Shown piece after piece: positions 17,450-27,293 of a DNA stretch of 64,000 nt (positions within the stretch are counted from its first letter, which is position 1; each line of letters begins with the position of its first letter). The translations under genes were made by a program, and so were the position numbers. The notes beneath the pieces are model-generated. The model was not told where the DNA came from, ran no database searches, and was given only the letters and a program-made list of their open reading frames with translations. Source of the DNA: a virus (taxonomy: Duplodnaviria; Caudoviricetes); IMG/VR virus record IMGVR_UViG_3300049141_000098, positions 1 to 64,000 of that record; one strand, given 5' to 3'.

Positions 17450-18292
17450 GTGGCCACTGCGTACAAGATCAACGGATACACGATCGGCGGCAAGGCGATC
17501 ACCACCGGCATGTACCTGCTGGAAGGCACCGAGTACGCCCCCGCCCTGGCACCTCGACGGGCCGTCATCGAAACACCGGGAACCCACTATGCGATCCCTC
17601 AGTGGAACGACCCACTGTCACAGATCACGGTTGCCCTGAAGATCCGCGTCGTCGACCTGACGCCGGAGGCACTGGCATCTCGCTGGAACGTCCTCATGGG
17701 GCTATTGGGGATGGGTACGAATCAGCCCATCACCCTCACGCGAGTGCGGGGTTCGATCGAGGAGACGGCTGACGCTCAGCTTGTCTCGATGAACACTCCG
17801 GACTTCTCCTGCCCGTCGAACCGGGCCGACGCCACCATCATCTTCAACGTTCCCGGCGGGGCCTGGCGCGGGACGCAGTCCGACGTCAACTTCTTCAACA
17901 ACTCCGCCAACGTGCTTCCCAATGCCCTGGCTTCCACGGTTCCGATAGCCGATGCTCTGCTTTTGCTCCGAGGTCCGGCGACCGCAGTCCAGATCAGCGA
18001 CAACAACTCGAACACCACCATCTTCTGGGGAGACGGATCCAGCTCCATCAGCATCAATCAATGGCTCCTGATCGACCCCAGGTACATGCGTGCACGCATC
18101 CAGACGTCCGAGACCTGGAGCTTCTCCACGGGGACAAACGTCACCGGCGCGCTCGAATTTCGAGGGAACGGACCACTCACTTTCACGTCGAGAGGGTCGG
18201 GCTCTTTCGGCAACCGCACTGGTACCTTTTCCGTGAACATATCCGGCGGGAACAACGGGGTGCAGGTGCGATCCAAGTATGCGGTGGTGTAG
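17450..18292 (+). CDS. Distal tail (Dit-like) protein
   Basis: Directly after the tape measure gene; beta-rich 280 aa. Confidence 0.7.
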   Translation: MATAYKINGYTIGGKAITTGMYLLEGTEYAPALAPRRAVIETPGTHYAIPQWNDPLSQITVALKIRVVDLTPEALASRWNVLMGLLGMGTNQPITLTRVRGSIEETADAQLVSMNTPDFSCPSNRADATIIFNVPGGAWRGTQSDVNFFNNSANVLPNALASTVPIADALLLLRGPATAVQISDNNSNTTIFWGDGSSSISINQWLLIDPRYMRARIQTSETWSFSTGTNVTGALEFRGNGPLTFTSRGSGSFGNRTGTFSVNISGGNNGVQVRSKYAVV

Positions 18293-18295
18293 CTC

Positions 18296-21200
18296 ATGGC
18301 CCTCGTAAATACGCTGGTCGTCCGCTTCCGGATCTACGCACCAAATGGCGCCTCTCGGGGCATTCTTCCGCACCCCCTCTCTTGGGAAGCGGGCATTCCG
18401 TACAACGACATGCCGTCTCTGACTCTGACCTACCCAGACGGCTCAGAGGCCGCGAACCTGCTGAAGAACCCCTGCGAAGTTGCGCTTGAGCTGCGCGATC
18501 CAGTGACGGGAACCTTCACCGAGCATCCGGGCTGCCGGTTCCTCAACATTCGCCGGGCCACCGACCTCTCCGACCGGCCGCGCATCCTCTCCTTCACCAT
18601 GCCGTCGTACGGCTGGATGCTGAAGAAGGTGCGCTTCCTGGACCCCGACAACCCTCGCCTCAATAAAGACGGCCAGGTCGTCTACCGGGCCGTTCACACC
18701 CCAGCGCAGCCTCTCGTTGACATCATCGACCTGGCCAAAGCGCGCGGCAACGTGCCGGGACTCACGATCCCCTTCACCCCCTACCTGGACACCAACGGGG
18801 ACGGGTGGCCGGACGCGGTGCGGGGTCTGTCCTTCGACTACGGTCAGGACGCATGGTCGATTCTGGACAGCATGTCCAAGCAGGGATATTTCGACTGGAG
18901 GATGAACAAGCGGGCCCTTGAGCTGTACTCGCCGAACAAAATCCTCAAGCGCATGCTGGACACCGACACTGGCGTGCACATCCATAGCATGCTGAGCATG
19001 ACCGAGGAGCCGGTCGAGCGCACCTGGGAAGAGATAGCCGGGACCCTTGTCGCCGTTGGAGACAAGGGTGTCACGTCGGGCATGGTGGTCCTCCCTGACG
19101 ATCCGGCGAACTTCCCTTGGGGCATGTGGGACGAGATGATCTCTGCCAGCGGCGTCTCCGACGTGCAGATGCTCGCGCAGATCACCGACCGGTTGCTTGA
19201 GTCGAAGTACAAGTCGCGTACGCAGTACACGAAGAAGTTCTCCTGGACCGAGGGCGCCCCCGTCCCCCTGGTCGACTACCGTCCGGGCGACTTCATCCGC
19301 GCCATGAGCGATGCCACCACAGGCGCGCAGAAAGCCTCCATGCGCGTCTACCAGATCACGCTCTCGGGGCAGGACCCCTACGGTGTTGGGATCTCTCTCA
19401 CCCTGAACGACCGGTTCACCGACCGCGCACTTCAGGTAGACCGCTGGGTCTCCCGGGTGACCGGCGGAGGAGGCCCGGTGGGCGGCGGAGGAACCGGAGC
19501 CGGAGGGACCAGGCCCCAACCTCCAATCGACAGCACTCCGCCCAAGACGCCCGTCCTCACGGCGGTGAGCAACGACCCCTACTTCAATGAACTCGGCGAG
19601 CCGGTGTCGATGGCCGACGTTGCCTTCAAGGTGGTCACCCAGGACATCAACGACAGGTCCATCGACGTCGTCCGGTACAACGTGGCCGCACGCCGGGCTG
19701 ACTTCAACTGGCAGCAGGCTCGCACAGTCATCGTGGCTCAGCCCGATTCCCCTTCCACGGGGCAAGTCATTCACGCGAAGGTGCCGCTGCTCGACTCCGG
19801 TCATTCTTACGAATTCCGGGTTCAGGCGATCCGGTTGTCCGGATACACCTCAGACTGGTCGAACGCCATCTCGCAGACGATGGCATACGCGACCGAAGCA
19901 CCTGAGGTGCCCTCGGAGCCGATCCTGTCGTCCAAGCTGAGCACGATCAAGGCCGAGTGGGACGGCAACGACTCGACGGGGGCTGCGTATCCGCCCGAGT
20001 TCCGCGAAGTGCAGGTCGAGGCCTCCAAGAATCAGACTGCCTGGTTCCACGTAGGAGACATCTTCTCCCCCGGCTCCTCGGTCATCATGAGCGGCAAAGG
20101 TGGAGCACTCACCTGGAACGTGGGCGAGACCGTCTACGTTCGCTTCCGCGCCCGCAACAGCGCATCGGTCATCTCGCAGCCCTCCGACGCGTCCTCCATC
20201 ACCGTGGTGGGCGTCACTGGCCCCGACATCGCCGCCAACACGGTCACCGCAAACAACGTGGTGACGGGCACTCTGACGGCAGAGCAGATCAAGGTGCACT
20301 CGCTCAGCGTGGACCGGATCGCCATCGGCGACACAGCGAACATGATCGCCGACCCGCTGTTCTACGACACGGCGTCACTGAACCCCTACCGGCTCCAGAA
20401 GGCGAACGACGCCACCACACCGGCAGCCAGCACGTGGTCCATCTCCAACGGCCGGGCCGTCCTCACGGCGGGCAGCACGGCCAACATCACCGGATGGTTC
20501 GGTCTCTACAACCACGTCAACCCGCTTCCAGCACTCAATTCAAGCGGCCCCATATCTTCCCCCGGCCTGGCCATCCCGTTCACTCGGCCGTTCAACACGA
20601 CGAGCGGAGCAGGAACCCTCAAAGGCCGCATGCGGTTCGTCATCGCCGGTACGGCACTGCCGGGGGGTGCCTCCGTATCGGTCGGTCTCGCCGCGCGGTT
20701 CTACGACCGCAACGGCACCATGCTGTCCAACGTTTTCGTCATCAGCTCGGCGGCCTACACGACTGCAACGGATGTTGTCATCCAGTCCACTACCGGCGTG
20801 ATCGCCCCGGTGGGGACTGTGGGCTTCATTCCCTACGTCTTCATCTCTACATCGGGCGGGGTCGCCACCGGCACGACCATCTCCGTGTCCGAGTTCGAGA
20901 TGTGGCAGGAAAGCTCCGTCCTCATCGGCGATGGCATGGTCAAAGCCCCACTGGTGGCGAGCAACGCCATCACTACGGACAAGCTCGACGCCGACGCCAT
21001 CACGGCCAAGCACTCGATCCGCTCGGCGTACTACGAGATGGTCAGCCAGTCCGGTCTGGCGGTCGTGAAGATCACCGAGAACGCGAACCACAGCGGCCAG
21101 TCCGGCATCCGGTGGGACGGCGTTTCGAACTACGGTCCCCGCATCTTCCAAACAGACGCCTCCGGGACAGGAGGGTGGGACCCTCGCGGCTTCGTCATTA

Positions 21201-21607
21201 CCGGCCCCGAGCAGACAGTCAACTCTTCCGGACGTATAGACCTCCAGTTTGCATACGGAGTCGGGGGGTCAAAGGTGGCTCGGGCGTACGGATCGGAAAC
21301 CATCAGCACCCAGGGCATCTTCTGGGACACGTCCGTCGCTAGGTTTCGCATCGGAGGGATGTTCAACACTTCCCACTTCAGCAACGACATGATGAGGATG
21401 GACCGGGTCGGTTTCCAGAACGGAACCTACAGTTACGGCATTACGACCTCTCGGCGGTACTACCCCATCATCACTCCAAACGCCGGAAATACCCCTGCGA
21501 CCACCTCCGTCGTCTCCTTCCCCAACGGAACGGAGGGTGGATTCCAGTACGTTTCCAGCTCAGGCACGACCGAGGTATTCTTCATCGCCGTCTGCGGAAC
21601 GCCGTGA
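18296..21607 (+). CDS. Large minor tail protein (baseplate hub/fibre with FN3-like domains)
   Basis: Tal-like position; FN3-like 'YEFRVQAIRLSGYTSDWS'; 'TANNVVTGTLTAEQI' tail-fibre linker. Confidence 0.85.
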   Translation: MALVNTLVVRFRIYAPNGASRGILPHPLSWEAGIPYNDMPSLTLTYPDGSEAANLLKNPCEVALELRDPVTGTFTEHPGCRFLNIRRATDLSDRPRILSFTMPSYGWMLKKVRFLDPDNPRLNKDGQVVYRAVHTPAQPLVDIIDLAKARGNVPGLTIPFTPYLDTNGDGWPDAVRGLSFDYGQDAWSILDSMSKQGYFDWRMNKRALELYSPNKILKRMLDTDTGVHIHSMLSMTEEPVERTWEEIAGTLVAVGDKGVTSGMVVLPDDPANFPWGMWDEMISASGVSDVQMLAQITDRLLESKYKSRTQYTKKFSWTEGAPVPLVDYRPGDFIRAMSDATTGAQKASMRVYQITLSGQDPYGVGISLTLNDRFTDRALQVDRWVSRVTGGGGPVGGGGTGAGGTRPQPPIDSTPPKTPVLTAVSNDPYFNELGEPVSMADVAFKVVTQDINDRSIDVVRYNVAARRADFNWQQARTVIVAQPDSPSTGQVIHAKVPLLDSGHSYEFRVQAIRLSGYTSDWSNAISQTMAYATEAPEVPSEPILSSKLSTIKAEWDGNDSTGAAYPPEFREVQVEASKNQTAWFHVGDIFSPGSSVIMSGKGGALTWNVGETVYVRFRARNSASVISQPSDASSITVVGVTGPDIAANTVTANNVVTGTLTAEQIKVHSLSVDRIAIGDTANMIADPLFYDTASLNPYRLQKANDATTPAASTWSISNGRAVLTAGSTANITGWFGLYNHVNPLPALNSSGPISSPGLAIPFTRPFNTTSGAGTLKGRMRFVIAGTALPGGASVSVGLAARFYDRNGTMLSNVFVISSAAYTTATDVVIQSTTGVIAPVGTVGFIPYVFISTSGGVATGTTISVSEFEMWQESSVLIGDGMVKAPLVASNAITTDKLDADAITAKHSIRSAYYEMVSQSGLAVVKITENANHSGQSGIRWDGVSNYGPRIFQTDASGTGGWDPRGFVITGPEQTVNSSGRIDLQFAYGVGGSKVARAYGSETISTQGIFWDTSVARFRIGGMFNTSHFSNDMMRMDRVGFQNGTYSYGITTSRRYYPIITPNAGNTPATTSVVSFPNGTEGGFQYVSSSGTTEVFFIAVCGTP

Positions 21608-21613
21608 GGAACC

Positions 21614-22375
21614 ATGCCAAAATTTCACGTCCTTCGACATGTCCTGCGTCCACACAAGCCATGGGGAAGCGAAGAGCACGACCCCGGCTCGGACATGCTC
21701 ATCGTCGTCCACAAGAACCCCAACGATCCGGACGATCCAACTGAGTTCGGGCACCACTTGCGACTTCAGGCCCTGGCCCATCGCAAGGAGATGTGGGGAC
21801 TGCCGGACTACGCCAGTGCGATCGACATGGAATTGAAGGATTTGGAACGGTATTACCATCGTCAGGATCGGGTGGACTACGGCCCTCATCCGCTGGCGGA
21901 TATGACGGCCCACTACTTCGAGGCGCCGCCCGAGAGGATGCAGTCCTTCGCCCCGGCATATGCGATGCAGCGGATCTCTCAGGGGGTAATGCCCTTCACT
22001 ACCGACGGAATCATGCGCATGTGCATCGATGCCACACTCTCCGGAGTGGACGACGTTAAGTCCTGTCTGGCGTCTCCAGAGAAGATGAAATTTCCCTGCA
22101 AAGGGATGACTGGATTGTCCTCAGACAGTGTGATGACCCGGTCAGATGTCATGCACCGCATGGGAGAGCAGACTCAGCAAATTGAGCTGGCCTCCTCCAA
22201 GCCGCTCGACGACATACGCCAGCTTCTCACGGATCGGGAGGGCGATCTCGAAGGCGTGCGCAACCGCTTCGTGGATCACGTCCTTATGGAGACTCAGGTT
22301 CCCGAGATCATGCGGCAGCGCACAATAGAGACGGCAGCCAGGGAAGGCCTGCTGCCGGAAAGGTGGAGGACGTGA
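21614..22375 (+). CDS. Hypothetical protein
   Basis: GAGGA RBS; continues the late operon. Confidence 0.65.
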   Translation: MPKFHVLRHVLRPHKPWGSEEHDPGSDMLIVVHKNPNDPDDPTEFGHHLRLQALAHRKEMWGLPDYASAIDMELKDLERYYHRQDRVDYGPHPLADMTAHYFEAPPERMQSFAPAYAMQRISQGVMPFTTDGIMRMCIDATLSGVDDVKSCLASPEKMKFPCKGMTGLSSDSVMTRSDVMHRMGEQTQQIELASSKPLDDIRQLLTDREGDLEGVRNRFVDHVLMETQVPEIMRQRTIETAAREGLLPERWRT

Positions 22376-22566
22376 CGGACCTTTCGACGGTTTCTTCGGA
22401 CGACGTGATCGAGTCGTATCGCAAGCAGCTTTCCGACGCCCATCATCTGCTCGCCATAACGGAAGCGCGCCTTGCGAAAGCGCTCAAGATGCTGAACGAA
22501 CGCCCTTCGGAGACACCACGGCCATCGCCGCTAGAGATAGACTTCCCCGTTGAACAGGGAGCCTGA
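22372..22566 (+). CDS. Small coiled-coil hypothetical protein
   Basis: GTGA coupling with the upstream stop; GGAGGA RBS. Confidence 0.55.
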   Translation: MTDLSTVSSDDVIESYRKQLSDAHHLLAITEARLAKALKMLNERPSETPRPSPLEIDFPVEQGA

Positions 22567-22567
22567 A

Positions 22568-23029
22568 GTGGACGCCAGGGAAATTCCGCCCGATGGAGTA
22601 TCAGCCGAATTCTCCGTAGACATACCCATCCCATCCGGGCTGGAGTACATCAACGGTATTCAGATTCGATTCGCGTTCGAGACGGACATCCCCGCCCAGT
22701 TCTTTCCTGTGGCGACACTGGACGGAGAAGACATTCCGCTCGATGAGTATGCCCGTGACGTTCTGAGTCTCACCCGGGTTGGACAACTTCCCGAGAGCTT
22801 CTCGGGCACCGTATCCCTCAGCGTGGCCATCAACAGAGAAGGCCACCTAGCCCCCGGCAACTCGGTAACCATCTACGCCTGGGGTGTGCAGATCCTCAAG
22901 AATGCAGATCTTCCTGGTCCAGCGACCGTCAGTAATCCGACCACCCTGGACGACGCCGTCGAAGTCGGAATTGTCGAAGTCATGACCTGGCCCGAGTGGT
23001 ACAGACTTACCGGACGGGACGGCTCGTAG
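22568..23029 (+). CDS. Hypothetical beta-rich protein, last gene of the late operon
   Basis: GTG just after the previous stop; converges on and overlaps the RuvC-like gene. Confidence 0.55.
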   Translation: MDAREIPPDGVSAEFSVDIPIPSGLEYINGIQIRFAFETDIPAQFFPVATLDGEDIPLDEYARDVLSLTRVGQLPESFSGTVSLSVAINREGHLAPGNSVTIYAWGVQILKNADLPGPATVSNPTTLDDAVEVGIVEVMTWPEWYRLTGRDGS

Positions 23030-23558
23030 CGGACAGGCGTCTTTCGCGCCGGGGGTAAGCGACCTGGCACACCGGAAGGTAGCCGCGATTTGCCAGGTGA
23101 ACCACGGCGTGCCGGTTCGCGTCGCGCACATGCCGCTGCGCGTCAGCATGATCCAGATGCAAGTCCAGCTTCTCCAGTTTCTCGTCGGTGCCCATGTACT
23201 TGCCCTTGGTGGGGATCTGATCGAAGACGGCTTCGTAGATGTTGCCTCGTTCGTACATCATCTGCTCCATCGCTCCGATCACCCTCAAAGAGGTGGTGTC
23301 GGTAGACGCCGCGTTATCGGTATTGCGCAGATTGAACTCTTCGTAGAGAAGGTGATGGGTGCCGGGGTACTCCAGCCGCCACTCCACGAGAGTCGCGACG
23401 GGGTTGAGGCCCTCCCGAGGTCTCCACTGCACCGTGGCGTATTCCAGCAGCCGGAAGCTGTCCGGCTTGACGTGGAACAGGCTCATGCCGGTGTCGCCGC
23501 CCGGGTCGACACTGGTCAGGAAGTAGCCTTCGGGGTCTTTTCGGGTATGCGCATCCAT
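23007..23558 (-). CDS. RuvC-like Holliday junction resolvase (RNase H fold)
   Basis: 'SVDPGGDTG', 'LYEEF' and 'HVRDANRH' catalytic pattern. Confidence 0.75.
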   Translation of the reverse strand: MDAHTRKDPEGYFLTSVDPGGDTGMSLFHVKPDSFRLLEYATVQWRPREGLNPVATLVEWRLEYPGTHHLLYEEFNLRNTDNAASTDTTSLRVIGAMEQMMYERGNIYEAVFDQIPTKGKYMGTDEKLEKLDLHLDHADAQRHVRDANRHAVVHLANRGYLPVCQVAYPRRERRLSATSRPVR

Positions 23559-23564
23559 GGAACG

Positions 23565-23570
23565 AGTCTA
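23565..23570 (-). promoter_or_regulatory. -10 box TAGACT, probable leaderless start of the RuvC-like gene
   Basis: TAGACT-cgttcc-ATG; no RBS. Confidence 0.6.
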
Positions 23571-23621
23571 CGGTTTTTGAGGAAATTGCTGGCTCTTTTC
23601 AGGGGTTAGGTATACCCCTTT

Positions 23622-24203
23622 TCAGTACGCCATGACGTCTGTGATCTTGGTTGTCAGTTGAGTTCCGTTGCTGGGAGTCTGCACCAAGATCTCGGAGGCG
23701 ACGTACTTCAGGTCATCCCCCTGCCGCGTCGCCTCGATCGTCTCGGTGACGGGCCCGTCACTCGCCCCCCTGACCTCGAAGGTGATGGAGACTGTCACGT
23801 CGGGATCGGGGAGGAAGACGTCGTTGTACACCAACTCCGGCTGGACGGTGACGTTACACCCGGCAGAGCCGAAGCATTTCTCGCGCTTCGTCTTCAGACT
23901 CAGGTCGAAATCTTCGGCCGCCGGGTCCTCGTTGTACGTCTCGGTTTCGACATCCTCTGACCCTGCCGCGCTCTCCTCGACAGGGTCAGAGAGGGGAGAG
24001 GGAGTCGAGGACGAACTGGCTTGAGCTGCGGGTTCACCGTCGTCTCCGACGACGACCGCCGTGATGGCGACAGAGGCTCCGACCAGGGCCAGCGCGCCCA
24101 CCGCCAGGCCGATCACGGTCGCCTTCCGCACCCGCCGGGGCGGCGTGGGCGGGAACGGCGGCGGGGGAGGTGTGGGTCCGCTGCTCGGCGCGTCCTCGTT
24201 CAC
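23622..24203 (-). CDS. Membrane-anchored extracytoplasmic protein (Pro-rich N-terminus, one TM helix)
   Basis: 'PPPPPFPP', hydrophobic 'VIGLAVGALALVGASVAITAVVV', C-terminal domain with a 'CFGSAGC' pair. Confidence 0.7.
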   Translation of the reverse strand: MNEDAPSSGPTPPPPPFPPTPPRRVRKATVIGLAVGALALVGASVAITAVVVGDDGEPAAQASSSSTPSPLSDPVEESAAGSEDVETETYNEDPAAEDFDLSLKTKREKCFGSAGCNVTVQPELVYNDVFLPDPDVTVSITFEVRGASDGPVTETIEATRQGDDLKYVASEILVQTPSNGTQLTTKITDVMAY

Positions 24204-24318
24204 TGCGTTCTCCTCATTTCCGAAGTTGCGGATAGATCCCCGTAGTTAAGCGCAAGTTGAGACCTGTGCGATGAAAGTTGCCGCACTTGTGACCCCTTGG
24301 TGAAGGTGGCGGCAGGTT

Positions 24319-26337
24319 CTAGTAGCAGCCCACCCAGGACTGCGATGCGGGTGAGACGCCGCAGGTGATCGGCACGCCCTCGAAGGTCGTGGTGAGGGCG
24401 TCCATGGCCTTGGTGCCGATCTCCTCAACACGGTCCTCCGGGACCTCCAGCACGATCTCGTCGTGGATGACGAGGCACAGCATGTCGAGCACTTCGTCGT
24501 CCATGCGCAGCAGCCCATCGCACAGCAAGTCCCGGGTGGTGGACTGGCCGACCTGGGCGGGGGCCTGGGTGTACTCCTGGGATGGGATGACCCGCAGTGG
24601 GCGGCTCCACTTGCTGGGGACCATGCCAGTGCGTTCAGCGTGCTTGCGGATCCGGCTGCGCCAGTTGCACAGGACCGGGAACGCCTTCTTCATCCCGTCG
24701 TCGAACTTCTTGGTGATCTCGATCGGCAAGCCGGTGGCTATGGAAGCACCCATGGGGCCCTGGCCGTAGTTCCAGGCGTGAGTGATGGCCTTGGTGTTGC
24801 CGCGCCTCTCCTTGCACTCCGGGCAGTCACGGCAGTCGTCGCAGGAGCCGGGCCCGTAGACGCGCAGGGCCACTTCGTAGTGCATGTCCATGCCGGGGCG
24901 GGCCAGCGCCATGTAGGCGGGGTCCTGGCAGTGTCCTGCGATGGCTCGCGCGTCGACCTGGTCGAGGTCGATCGCGATGAAGACGTGGCCACTCTTGGCC
25001 TTGAGCATGGCGCGCTGCCGGAGCTGGGCGTCGCCGCGTTTGCCGATGTTCGTGATGGACGGCTCGACGTGCGCCCATCGTCCGGAAGCCTGGATATCGC
25101 CGATGCGTGGATGTACGCGGCCGTCAGGGCAGATGTTCTTCTTGACTTCTTCAGCCTTGGCCGATGCGGAGGTGATGAGGATGGCCGCTTCACACAGCTC
25201 GCGCATGGCGGAGTTGCGTGGGTACTTCCGCATGAGGCCGGGTATGGACTCCTGCCCCCGCAGCCAGGACCCGTCCCCGAGGGCATGCTTGGACAGGGCC
25301 AGCGTGCCGCTCTCCGTGTAGGGAATGTCCTTGTCGGCCACTCCAGCGGCCCGTAGAGCCGCCTCGAAGGCGGCCCTGCCCTCGGTGGTCACCAGCGGGG
25401 AGACGCCGATGGTCTTGGTGCGCCACCTCACGCCCTGCCGGATGTCGGGGCACGCCCGGTGGAATATCGCCTCATAGCGGCGCCGGATCATCTTGCCGCG
25501 CGGAGTGGTGCGAGGAACCCTCACCGGCACCTTCTCTGCCCACCGGACCTCCGAGTGCGGCAGCGGGACGCCCGCCTTCTCGTGCAGCAGGATGTACGCC
25601 TCGGCGCGCTGCTTCTCCGCAAGATCGACCTGGGCGTCCACCTCCAGCTCGTCCACACCCATGCCTTTGAGGTGCATGCCGCTCTGGATCCCGGCGATGC
25701 CCATCTCGCGCTTGGCGACGTTGATCAGGCCTTTCGCCTGAGCCCGTCGGCCCATCTCGCGGTAGACCTCACGAGCGCAATAGAGATCGCCGAGCAGGTA
25801 GTTCCGGTACCGCCAGTCATCGAGGGGGATCTTGTCGTAGCCGCCATACTGCGCGGCGATCAAGGCCAGGTCGTTCGTCTTGCCGGGCAGGCCGTAACGT
25901 GCAGCCACGTCGTCGAGGCGGTAGCTGATGCGCAGATCAGCGAAGGTCATTCGCCGCTTGCGCAAGGCGATGGCCAGGCGATCCCGGCCCTTTTTGCCGC
26001 TGTGCAGTTTCGGGTAGGGCGGGTTGATGGTGCGTTCGCCCACGAGGGTGTCGATGCTCTTGCGGGCGAGGCTGCGATAGTCGGCGCCGTGATGCCAGGC
26101 GAGGGCCAGCAAGTCGAAGTCGAGGATGTTGTGCCCGTAGATGACGCGGGCCTCGTTGAGAACTTCGATCAGGTCGGCCGCATTGGTGGAGATCTGCGGT
26201 TCTCCGTCGTCGATGACCCAGCCGAAGAGTCGGCAGAACGGGCCTTCGTGTCCCCCCTTGAACAGAAGCTCGGCGTCGGCGGTCTCGATATCGAAGCCGA
26301 CTATCCCCCCAGCCCCCACCGTCACCCCCTCCTTCAT
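24319..26337 (-). CDS. polA: Family A DNA polymerase with 3'-5' exonuclease domain
   Basis: Exo I 'FDIET', Exo II 'GHNILDFD', Exo III 'YLLGD'; motif A 'DLDQVDAR', motif B 'RGNTKAITHAWNYG', motif C 'IHDEI'. Confidence 0.9.
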   Translation of the reverse strand: MKEGVTVGAGGIVGFDIETADAELLFKGGHEGPFCRLFGWVIDDGEPQISTNAADLIEVLNEARVIYGHNILDFDLLALAWHHGADYRSLARKSIDTLVGERTINPPYPKLHSGKKGRDRLAIALRKRRMTFADLRISYRLDDVAARYGLPGKTNDLALIAAQYGGYDKIPLDDWRYRNYLLGDLYCAREVYREMGRRAQAKGLINVAKREMGIAGIQSGMHLKGMGVDELEVDAQVDLAEKQRAEAYILLHEKAGVPLPHSEVRWAEKVPVRVPRTTPRGKMIRRRYEAIFHRACPDIRQGVRWRTKTIGVSPLVTTEGRAAFEAALRAAGVADKDIPYTESGTLALSKHALGDGSWLRGQESIPGLMRKYPRNSAMRELCEAAILITSASAKAEEVKKNICPDGRVHPRIGDIQASGRWAHVEPSITNIGKRGDAQLRQRAMLKAKSGHVFIAIDLDQVDARAIAGHCQDPAYMALARPGMDMHYEVALRVYGPGSCDDCRDCPECKERRGNTKAITHAWNYGQGPMGASIATGLPIEITKKFDDGMKKAFPVLCNWRSRIRKHAERTGMVPSKWSRPLRVIPSQEYTQAPAQVGQSTTRDLLCDGLLRMDDEVLDMLCLVIHDEIVLEVPEDRVEEIGTKAMDALTTTFEGVPITCGVSPASQSWVGCY

Positions 26338-27281
26338 GTCGTCCCCGCGATAGCCGGAAGTAGGTACTTCTCTTCCCAGGCGTAGAGCCGCTGGTAGTAG
26401 CGCACCCCTAGGTGCCTGGCGCGCTCCAGTGAGGGCAGTTCGGGAATGCAAATATGGTAGCATTCCTCCCCGTTTCTAGGGACCGGGGTAGCCGTAAAAA
26501 TGTTCTCCTTCAACATAGTTTCCGGGAAGATGTCGCGGACCCACTCCTGGTCGTAAACCTGTGGCATCAGCCTCTTCCGGCGCTCACTGAGGGTGCCGAG
26601 CCACATCAGGTGCTCCTCGCGCGGGCGCACCGACAGCATCGTCAGGTCCGGACCTACGGGCGTGAACTGCACTCCCCGGCTGGGTTCGAGCAGCCCCGGG
26701 ATCGGCACTCCGAACATCCGCGAGGCCGCCGCCTCGGGCACCCCTTTGGTGCGCACGATGTCCGCCACGAACACACGAAAGGGCTCATCTCCCCGAGTTG
26801 CCGCCTCTAGCGCCAGGTGTACCAGCCGCAGGTCGCATGTTCCGGTCACCCGACGGGGCAGCATCCCCTCGGGCCGGACCATCCACTTGGAGGCATTCTT
26901 GAAGGGGATGTCGGTCATCTCCTCGAAGAACGGTGAGGAGAACAGCATCAGCGGGCTGAGCAACGTGACTGCTGCCAGCTTCCTCCGTCGATCCCAGTGC
27001 CTGCGGTTGATGTAGGCCCACCAAACGAATGCCAGGATCTGCCCCCGTTCGACGGGGCTGTACACGTGCAGCAGATCCACGTCTTGCGGGTGCGCGTTGT
27101 AGGGGCTGCGGAAGACCGTCTGATTCGGCAGCTCCATCGCCCGGTCGACGGCCCGGAGGAGGTGCGGGAAGCGCCGCAGGGACGGGATGAGGGCTTTTGC
27201 TCTGTTTACCCGCTCCTGCGGCGTCCCGTAGCGGTCTCCTGGAGGCCGCCCCGGTGGTCGCCCAGTAGGCTTTCGGGGCAC
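26334..27281 (-). CDS. Hypothetical protein with an AT-hook-like N-terminus
   Basis: 'PRKPTGRPPGRPP'; ATGA coupling to polA. Confidence 0.65.
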   Translation of the reverse strand: MPRKPTGRPPGRPPGDRYGTPQERVNRAKALIPSLRRFPHLLRAVDRAMELPNQTVFRSPYNAHPQDVDLLHVYSPVERGQILAFVWWAYINRRHWDRRRKLAAVTLLSPLMLFSSPFFEEMTDIPFKNASKWMVRPEGMLPRRVTGTCDLRLVHLALEAATRGDEPFRVFVADIVRTKGVPEAAASRMFGVPIPGLLEPSRGVQFTPVGPDLTMLSVRPREEHLMWLGTLSERRKRLMPQVYDQEWVRDIFPETMLKENIFTATPVPRNGEECYHICIPELPSLERARHLGVRYYQRLYAWEEKYLLPAIAGTT

Positions 27282-27293
27282 GCCATCCTCCGG

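Noticed and set aside
18443-21342. Long alternative ORFs 18443-19804 (-) and 19957-21342 (+)
   Set aside because: Shadow frames of the minor tail gene with low-complexity translations.
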